From: an uncultured bacterium
GTDB lineage: Bacteria > Armatimonadota > UBA5829
Length of the DNA stretch: 24,000 nucleotides
Reading direction: 5' to 3'
Assembly (NCBI GenBank): GCA_964611645.1
Contig: CAZTAO010000003.1
Coordinates: 95,184 to 119,183 of the forward strand
The translations under genes and the position numbers were made by a program. The notes below the pieces were generated by a model. That model saw nothing but the letters and a program-made list of their open reading frames with translations, was not told the origin of the DNA and did no database searches. This document shows positions 16,544 through 24,000 of this stretch, piece after piece (position 1 is the stretch's first letter; every line of letters starts with the position of its first letter).

Positions 16544-17023
16544 GTGAAAATGTCTGGCATACCGGGGCTTGTAATATGCGTAGTCATTTGCATGATGGCC
16601 GGGGTGATCGGCTCTATCTTCACCACCTCAAGCGTCACCGGCTGGTATACGACCATCCAAAAGCCCTCGTTCAACCCGCCTGGTTGGATATTCGGCCCGG
16701 TGTGGACGACTCTCTACATCCTCATGGGCATTGCGCTGTGGCTGGTGCTGAGGAGCGGGGCTGATGCAAGCCTGGTGCGGCCTGCGGTGTGGGTGTTCGC
16801 ATTCCAGCTTGCGCTCAACGCCGGCTGGTCGATAGTCTTCTTCGGCCTCCACTCCCCCGGCTGGGCCTTCGCAGTCCTCGCCGCCCTATGGCTCCTGATC
16901 CTCGCCAGCATCCTGCTATTCTGGCGCATCTCAACCGCCGCAGGCGCGCTACTGCTGCCCTACATCGCGTGGGTCAGCTTTGCGGGGGTGTTGAACTGGG
17001 CGATATGGCGGTTGAATGGGTGA
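16544..17023 (+). CDS. TspO/MBR-family membrane protein
   Basis: 'WYTTIQKPSFNPPGWIFGPVWTTLYILMGIALWLV' and 'FAFQLALNAGWSIVFFGLHSPGWAF' are characteristic. GTG start with GGAGG 7 nt upstream. Confidence 0.93.
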   Translation: MKMSGIPGLVICVVICMMAGVIGSIFTTSSVTGWYTTIQKPSFNPPGWIFGPVWTTLYILMGIALWLVLRSGADASLVRPAVWVFAFQLALNAGWSIVFFGLHSPGWAFAVLAALWLLILASILLFWRISTAAGALLLPYIAWVSFAGVLNWAIWRLNG

Positions 17024-17188
17024 GGTTGGAATGGTCCCTGCAACGGCCGCGAAGCGAAGCGGACGCCGACCAACATCTCGGAATTGGCATCAACTTCCCT
17101 GACACTGCTGTGCCACATTACGCGAGACACGCAGACTCTGGATGGTTCCGCAAAGGCTAGCTCCGGCGTGGGCGTCAACACCTGATAG

Positions 17189-17917
17189 TTATGTCTTTAC
17201 GTGTTTCCCTCTGTACTTGAACCGCCATATGGCTACGATTAACAAGAGCACGCAGACTCCTAACTCTCTGCCCACGGCTGTCTGTTCCTGCGCCATCGAA
17301 CTGCTCTCGTGTACTCGGATTGCGGCACTCCACCTGGATATGCCTAGTGAGGCGATTCCAAGGTACACGTTCCAGAAATTTGCTGCCTCAAACGCAGAGT
17401 CATCCCCAGACACTCTGGACTTGTCATACAACAAGTTCATTCCCTTGATACCTGCTGTATAGTCATACCACTCGTGTGGTTGCCCAGAGTAGTGACCGGA
17501 GTCCGTCTTGGGTGCAAGTGAATACTGGCTTGCGGACGCTATGACGCCATAGCCGTAGCCCAGAAATCCACCGGCGAACTGCACACACAGAACAAACAGC
17601 AAGACCGCCGGCAGCCTATGTAGCCGAATTCCGAGGCGTCGGTTCAGGTCGAAGAAAGAGCCGCCGAGGACTAGTAGTGCAACAATCAGCCCCCAGCCCA
17701 TGCCATTTGACGTCGTGGTCGCCAATGTTCGGCTGACTCCGTCAACACTCATTCCTCGGATCATTAGGCTATCATTGCCGACTAGCAATTGGAAGGGAGA
17801 CCACTTAATAAGAGCGGTCAATACACCATACGCTGCCAAGACTGCACACGCCAAGACTACGCCGCTCTGTCTGCCACGACCCAATTCAAGCTTCAAGATT
17901 ACCATCCTCCGCGACAA
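17189..17917 (-). CDS. hypothetical membrane protein
   Basis: 242 aa with several hydrophobic segments; no family recognised. Confidence 0.6.
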   Translation of the reverse strand: MSRRMVILKLELGRGRQSGVVLACAVLAAYGVLTALIKWSPFQLLVGNDSLMIRGMSVDGVSRTLATTTSNGMGWGLIVALLVLGGSFFDLNRRLGIRLHRLPAVLLFVLCVQFAGGFLGYGYGVIASASQYSLAPKTDSGHYSGQPHEWYDYTAGIKGMNLLYDKSRVSGDDSAFEAANFWNVYLGIASLGISRWSAAIRVHESSSMAQEQTAVGRELGVCVLLLIVAIWRFKYRGKHVKT

Positions 17918-17978
17918 AAGCTCCGGTGCCAGAATCCATATACCGAGTTGGATACCAGGTGTTGCGAAGCATTACCCT

Positions 17979-18524
17979 CTACTTGTAGACCTTGCCGATG
18001 CCTGCCTTGACCCAGTCAACCCAGTCCTCCCGGGTGACTGCCATCGCAACTATGGACTTTGCATCGCCTGTACTAAACCACTCAGAACTCTTGTACTCCA
18101 AGTTGGAGAACCCCCACCTACCCGACTTGGGAATGCAATATAGCGACACTTGGTCGAGCGGGTACTCCGCCTTGCCCTTGTCCGTATCCCCGCTAAGCAC
18201 CGCCGAGAAGCTCATTATCCCGGCACGTAGCGTCGCCCCCTCTTCTACTGTCTCGCCCATCAGGCAACTGACATCACCCGTACCGACCTGAATAGTGAGG
18301 CGTCTAGCCAAACCATATCCCCCATCCGCATCGCTCAGGTGCGACGGGTTCTCTCTAAGCACTTCGTGGAGCCGCGCGGCAAATCGCTCGAAGCTGACCT
18401 TTGGGTTGGCCAGTATCTCCCGCTGGTTCGCTTCCGCTTGCTGCCGCGCCTTCTCTGACCGTTGCCCTGAAGCGCAGCCAACCATCAGAACAGTGACGAG
18501 CAAACAACACATGACCCTTATCAC
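17979..18524 (-). CDS. hypothetical lipoprotein
   Basis: The GTG start at 18524 preceded by AGGAGG gives 'VIRVMCCLLVTVLMVGCASGQRSEK', which has a lipobox-like LMVGC. The upstream extension to 18617 is not needed. Confidence 0.7.
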   Translation of the reverse strand: MIRVMCCLLVTVLMVGCASGQRSEKARQQAEANQREILANPKVSFERFAARLHEVLRENPSHLSDADGGYGLARRLTIQVGTGDVSCLMGETVEEGATLRAGIMSFSAVLSGDTDKGKAEYPLDQVSLYCIPKSGRWGFSNLEYKSSEWFSTGDAKSIVAMAVTREDWVDWVKAGIGKVYK

Positions 18525-18582
18525 GATTGCCTCCTTAGCTCGGAAACTCGTCTCAGAATGCTCCGCAGCTTCCGCTGCTAGC

Positions 18583-18921
18583 TCAACTGCCGCCAGTAGG
18601 TTGTGTTCCGCCCGCATTCCGACGCGCTAGTGCTTGATCTATGGCGGCCGTGAATGGTCGCCATATGTTCGGGAAGTACTGGAAGTGCCAGTCGCCTTCG
18701 GTTGTCTCAATCGTGAGCCATCTTAACCCGAACGCCCACAGCAGGCACACTACGGGCCACAATGGCAAAATGATCCACAGCAAGTCCGGCCACCAAAGAA
18801 CCCGCAAGCGATAGCCTTTGAGGCTCTCAATTGGACAGTGCCTTTTGCCGATCGTTACTCCCCTGTCGGAGACTCGCAAGCCGCCCATCTGTCTCTCGTA
18901 GAATATCTCTTCACCGTTCAT
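18583..18921 (-). CDS. small hypothetical membrane-associated protein (possibly PH-like)
   Basis: 112 aa; a short beta-type N-terminus, 'LLWIILPLWPVVCLLWAF' hydrophobic segment and 'LTIETTEGDWHFQYFPN'. Confidence 0.5.
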   Translation of the reverse strand: MNGEEIFYERQMGGLRVSDRGVTIGKRHCPIESLKGYRLRVLWWPDLLWIILPLWPVVCLLWAFGLRWLTIETTEGDWHFQYFPNIWRPFTAAIDQALARRNAGGTQPTGGS

Positions 18922-19107
18922 CGACTCCTCCTGTCACACGCGCTTGCCAGCGATTGCCTCGGTAACCCGTACCGTCACGGTCGTGCGCCCTGCCAGAACA
19001 AACACAGAAGGCTCAGTACCACACCCGGTGGTCTGCGCGAATTCCCAACGCCCACTGACTACTTCCACAACCCCCAAGATTTCCCTTCTACTGCTTCGTT
19101 CCCGCCT

Positions 19108-19692
19108 TCACTCCCCCTCCACCTTCGCGCTGTCCAATTGCCCTTGGGTCAGGTTTTCTGCGTGGTCGAGGCTGGCTCCGGTTAGTTTGGCGTCGGTGAG
19201 GTCTGCTCGGTATAGGTCGGCGCCGTCGAACTCGGCGTTGGTCAGGTTGGCGTAGGTGAGTTCCGCGCGGCTCAGGTCTGCGCAGTCCAGAAAGGCATTT
19301 GTGAGGTTGGCCCCTATCAGGCTGGCACGAGTGAGGTCCGCCCCTATCAGGATGGCTCCTGTGAGGTTGGCGTTGATCAGGAGAGCGCGGGTGAGGTTTG
19401 CGTCGGTGAGGCAAGCTCCGACCAGAACCGCATTGTCGAGCGCGGCATTAGAGAGGTTGGCTCCCATCAGCTTTGCGCCGGATAAGTCGCAGCCAATAAG
19501 AACGGCCCCGGAAAGATTGGCCTGGCATAGATCACGGCCGGAAAGGTCCGTGCCGGTCAAGTCGACCTCGGATAGATCAGCTCCGGCCAAGTCCGCGCCA
19601 AGCGGCCACCTGTATCCTCGCACTTCTTTTCTCAGCGCTGCTCTCTCCTGGAACAATTCTGTACCACTGATAATCACTTCGACGGACATCAC
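19108..19692 (-). CDS. pentapeptide-repeat protein
   Basis: More than 20 consecutive A(D/N)LXX-type units (GADLAGADLSEVDLTGTDLSGRDLCQANLSGAVL...). Confidence 0.93.
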   Translation of the reverse strand: MMSVEVIISGTELFQERAALRKEVRGYRWPLGADLAGADLSEVDLTGTDLSGRDLCQANLSGAVLIGCDLSGAKLMGANLSNAALDNAVLVGACLTDANLTRALLINANLTGAILIGADLTRASLIGANLTNAFLDCADLSRAELTYANLTNAEFDGADLYRADLTDAKLTGASLDHAENLTQGQLDSAKVEGE

Positions 19693-19710
19693 CTTTTAAC
19701 CTGCACGACA

Positions 19711-19750
19711 CTCACATCCCCCTTACCCCCTTCAAAAGGGGGAATTGGGT
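19711..19750. repeat. inverted-orientation copy of the CCCAATTCCCCCTTT repeat family
   Basis: CTCACATCCCCCTTACCCCCTTCAAAAGGGGGAATTGGGT is close to the reverse complement of 16473-16515. Confidence 0.7.
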
Positions 19751-20020
19751 TTGTTGCGCAATTGCTGACTTCGGCTACAAGCATTACGCTCCGCCCTCTC
19801 TCTAACTCTCTCCCCCAGGAGAGAGGACTAGGACTGTCCCTGGCTGTTCACGCAGTGCTCCACCATCAAACCCTCCAGCCATCAAACCCTGCAAAACTGC
19901 CATACGCTATCAGCTATAAGCCATAGGCTGGTTTGACACATACCCCCCCAAACTCGCATAATATCTAGCGGTACGAGCTTCGCTTTTGCAGGCGTTTGCT
20001 CACGTGTGAGGTGTAGTCCA

Positions 20021-21127
20021 GTGGCCATTCCCATAGCTAACCCCAAAGTCCAGAACCTGGCGATCAAGGCTGAGCTTGCTGCGGCGGTTGATGAGGTCCT
20101 TGAATCCTGCCATTTCATACTTGGCGAGAACGTGACCCTGCTGGAGCAGGAGATTGCGCGGTACTGCGCGGCGTCTCACGGCGTTGCAGTCAACAGCGGC
20201 ACCGACGCCCTCGTGATCGCTCTTGCGGCCAACGGCATCGGCCCGGGGGATGAGGTCATCACCACGCCCTTCACGTTTGTGGCGACCGCCGAGGCGATAA
20301 TGATAGTCGGGGCGAAGCCGGTGTTTGCGGACATCGACCCCAAGACATTCAACCTCGACCCCAATTGCATCGCCGACAAGATCACAACCAAGACCAGGGC
20401 CATCCTGCCAGTGCACCTCTATGGCCAGTGCGCGGACACCGACGCCATCGATTCCATCGCCCGAACCCACGGACTCAAGGTCATCTACGACGGCGCGCAG
20501 GCAATCGGCTCGAAGCGCCACGGCAAGGGGATCGGGGAGTTCGGCGACGCTGCGACCCTGAGCTTCTTCCCGACCAAGAACCTGGGCGGGTGCGGGGACG
20601 GCGGGATGGTGCTGGCCAACTCGGACGAAGTTGCGGCGGCGGCGAAGATGTACAGGTTCCACGGAATGGACGCCACCTACAGCTACGAAAAAGTCGGCTA
20701 CTGCAGCAGGCTCGACGAGATCCAGGCCGCGCTGCTGAGAGTGAAACTCAAGTATATCGACGCATGGAACGCAGGCCGCCGGGCCAACGCGGCTTACTAT
20801 ATAGAGAAGATGTCGGACCTGCCGATCCAGCTTCCGATCCCGGACCCGGAAAACTTCCACATCTACCACCAGTTCACCCTCCGGTTTGGCAAGCGTGACC
20901 AGCTCAAAGCCAAGCTGGCGGAGTTGGGAGTGGGGAGTGGAGTCTATTACCCAAGTCCGCTGCATGTCCAGAAGGCTTATGCGAACCTGGGATACAAGCA
21001 AGGCGATTTCCCGGAGTCGGAGAAGGCGGCACTGGAGTGCCTGAGCCTCCCGGTCTTCCCGGAACTCCCGCCGGATGACAGAAACACAGTGGCTGAGGCT
21101 GTGGTGCAGAGTGTGAAGGAACTGTAA
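20021..21127 (+). CDS. DegT/DnrJ/EryC1/StrS-family nucleotide-sugar aminotransferase
   Basis: 'MAIPIANPKVQNLAIKAELAAAVDEVLESCHFILGENVTLLEQEIARYC', 'NSGTDALVIALAANGIGPGDEVITTPFTFVATAEAI' and 'LSFFPTKNLGGCGDGGMV' (PLP lysine). A GTG start at 20021 with upstream GAGGTG is preferred to 20006. Confidence 0.92.
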   Translation: MAIPIANPKVQNLAIKAELAAAVDEVLESCHFILGENVTLLEQEIARYCAASHGVAVNSGTDALVIALAANGIGPGDEVITTPFTFVATAEAIMIVGAKPVFADIDPKTFNLDPNCIADKITTKTRAILPVHLYGQCADTDAIDSIARTHGLKVIYDGAQAIGSKRHGKGIGEFGDAATLSFFPTKNLGGCGDGGMVLANSDEVAAAAKMYRFHGMDATYSYEKVGYCSRLDEIQAALLRVKLKYIDAWNAGRRANAAYYIEKMSDLPIQLPIPDPENFHIYHQFTLRFGKRDQLKAKLAELGVGSGVYYPSPLHVQKAYANLGYKQGDFPESEKAALECLSLPVFPELPPDDRNTVAEAVVQSVKEL

Positions 21128-21129
21128 TT

Positions 21130-21149
21130 CTCTCTCCCGGGGGAGAGAG
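21130..21149. terminator. hairpin directly after the DegT-family gene (possible terminator or dispersed palindrome)
   Basis: CTCTCTCCC-gg-GGGAGAGAG begins 3 nt after the stop codon. No clear T tract follows. Confidence 0.35.
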
Positions 21150-21373
21150 CTAGAGAGAGGGCGCTCTGTATCAATAAGGTATATGGCTGCGGGAACTCAG
21201 AATGCGTAGTATTGAGAAGCCAGTGCAGGTAGTCGTTCCCGCAGCATAGCAAAAACCCACCCTACCCTCCCTTGTCAGGGAGGAAGACGACGACGAGACC
21301 GCCTGCGGTCTTACCCCCTGATAAGGGGGCGCGGGGGGTTTGTGTAATGACATTTCATCGGAGGTAATGCCCC

Positions 21374-22441
21374 TTGAAGGCTATGATACTCGCGGCGGGG
21401 GTTGGGTCCCGGTTGGACCCGCTTACCCGCAAAGTACCAAAACCGATGGTGCCGATAGTCAATAAGCCGGTTATGGAGCATATAGTCGGCAACCTGGCGA
21501 AGTGCGGTTTTCGGGATGTGATGGTGAACGTGCACTACCTCGGCGACCAGATTATGGACTACTTCGGCGATGGCTCCAAGTGGGACATCCATATCCACTA
21601 CTCGGTAGAAGACCAGCTTTGGGGCGATGCGGGAAGCGTGAAGCGGTGCGAGGACTTCTTCGACGAGCAGACATTCCTGGTAGTCGGAGGAGATGACCTC
21701 ACCGACATCGACTTCGGCAGGCTGGTGCGCCATCACCAGGAGAAGAAAGCGCTCGCAACAATTGCGCTTTCGCTGGTGGAGGAGCCATCCGAGTACGGTA
21801 TAGCCCTTCTCAATGACAAGGGCCGCATCACCCGATTTCTCGAGAAGCCCAAGGGTGAGGTGATCTTCTCCAATTCCGCGAACACCGGCATCTATGTCTT
21901 CGACAAAAGCGTTTTGGAGCTCATACCAAAGGGCACCAAGTATGGCCTGGGAGCAAACCTGCTCCCTCTGCTGCTCGAGCAGAAGTCCCGGTTTTATGGG
22001 TTCTTGACCTCCGGCTACTGGAAAGATGTCGGGAGCCTGCGTGAGTATCACCAGGCCCACCACGATGCCCTCAGTGGGCGAGTGGACATCAAGCTGCCGG
22101 TCCCGGAGAAACGCAAGTATGTGTGGATGGGGGAGAACGTGGAAATTGACCCCTCCGCCGAAATAGGCTATCCTGTGGTGATAGGAAACAACTGCAAGAT
22201 AGGCAAAGGCGCCAAACTCCTGGAGTATTCCGTGCTGGGTGACGGCTGTATTCTGGAGGAGGGCGCTGTTGTGAGCTGCAGCATCCTCTGGCAGGGCGCA
22301 AGCGTGCTCAAGGACACGATGCTTCAACGCTGCGTGGTTGGTGACAACTGCGCAGTCAAATCCAACGCGGCAGTATTCGATGGAGTCATAGTAGACCCCA
22401 CAAGACGCAACACCGCAAACGGCGAAAAGCCCGCTGCGTAG
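21374..22441 (+). CDS. sugar-phosphate nucleotidyltransferase with a C-terminal left-handed beta-helix
   Basis: 'MKAMILAAGVGSRLDPLTRKVPKPMVPIVNKPVMEHIV' signature. The C-terminal hexapeptide-like region is 'IGYPVVIGNNCKIGKGAKLLEYSVLGDGCILEEGAVV'. Confidence 0.92.
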   Translation: MKAMILAAGVGSRLDPLTRKVPKPMVPIVNKPVMEHIVGNLAKCGFRDVMVNVHYLGDQIMDYFGDGSKWDIHIHYSVEDQLWGDAGSVKRCEDFFDEQTFLVVGGDDLTDIDFGRLVRHHQEKKALATIALSLVEEPSEYGIALLNDKGRITRFLEKPKGEVIFSNSANTGIYVFDKSVLELIPKGTKYGLGANLLPLLLEQKSRFYGFLTSGYWKDVGSLREYHQAHHDALSGRVDIKLPVPEKRKYVWMGENVEIDPSAEIGYPVVIGNNCKIGKGAKLLEYSVLGDGCILEEGAVVSCSILWQGASVLKDTMLQRCVVGDNCAVKSNAAVFDGVIVDPTRRNTANGEKPAA

Positions 22442-22520
22442 ACCTGACACGAAGAAACGGAATCACGAAAGCACGAAATACTGAGAACACGAAAAGGTAA
22501 TATCGAGGGAAGACGTAACT

Positions 22521-22542
22521 CCCTCTCCCCGCAGGGAGAGGG
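22521..22542. repeat. perfect intergenic hairpin
   Basis: CCCTCTCCC-CGCA-GGGAGAGGG. Confidence 0.75.
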
Positions 22543-22607
22543 TGGGGGTGAGGTTCTTCTAACGTAGGATTGTGCACGACTGACAGGTGAGAAGAACCGC
22601 CCCCTAG

Positions 22608-23963
<1,356 letters not shown>

Positions 23964-24000
23964 TTTTGCTGGAGCACACAGAAATGGACAAGCCGAAGGC

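Noticed and set aside
19120-19640. Regularly spaced short repeats that could suggest a CRISPR-like or tandem DNA array
   Set aside because: The 15-nt periodicity is explained by the pentapeptide repeats; there are no conserved 25-40 nt repeats with unique spacers.
19256-19699. 147-aa plus-strand ORF rich in SAPERS-type repeats
   Set aside because: It is the reverse reading of the pentapeptide-repeat gene, which inherits the 15-nt periodicity.
20000-21001. 333-aa minus-strand ORF
   Set aside because: Antisense to the DegT-family aminotransferase.
21311-22450. 379-aa minus-strand ORF
   Set aside because: Antisense to the sugar nucleotidyltransferase.

Overview
This is a GC-rich bacterial chromosomal window, probably metagenome-derived. 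An LptD/OstA-like protein near the left end suggests a diderm. From left to right: (1) the C-terminal end of an unknown protein and an LptD/OstA-like barrel protein. (2) A compact plus-strand block (1797-5942) encoding a dCMP deaminase-like protein, a HAD hydrolase, a small protein with a ParB/sulfiredoxin-like DGxHR motif, a protein that looks like an MtrA-like domain fused to a thymidylate-synthase-like domain, and a YprB/DnaQ-like exonuclease carrying in-frame palindromes. This is my best candidate for an undescribed system. (3) A minus-strand, translationally coupled MttB-like methyltransferase / 2-oxoacid dehydrogenase E1 alpha / E1 beta set, with a class-III aminotransferase upstream. 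(4) A tRNA with anticodon CAT. (5) An ECF sigma factor cut off inside region 4 at the boundary of an IS1182-like transposase fragment. (6) A lower-GC SMR efflux/TetR pair flanked by imperfect direct repeats. (7) lepA, a TspO-family gene, several hypothetical genes and a pentapeptide-repeat protein. (8) A DegT-family aminotransferase, a sugar-nucleotide transferase and ahcY. Intergenic regions carry several dispersed repeat families, including a 129-bp nested inverted-repeat (MITE-like) element. No CRISPR array or rRNA was recognised.
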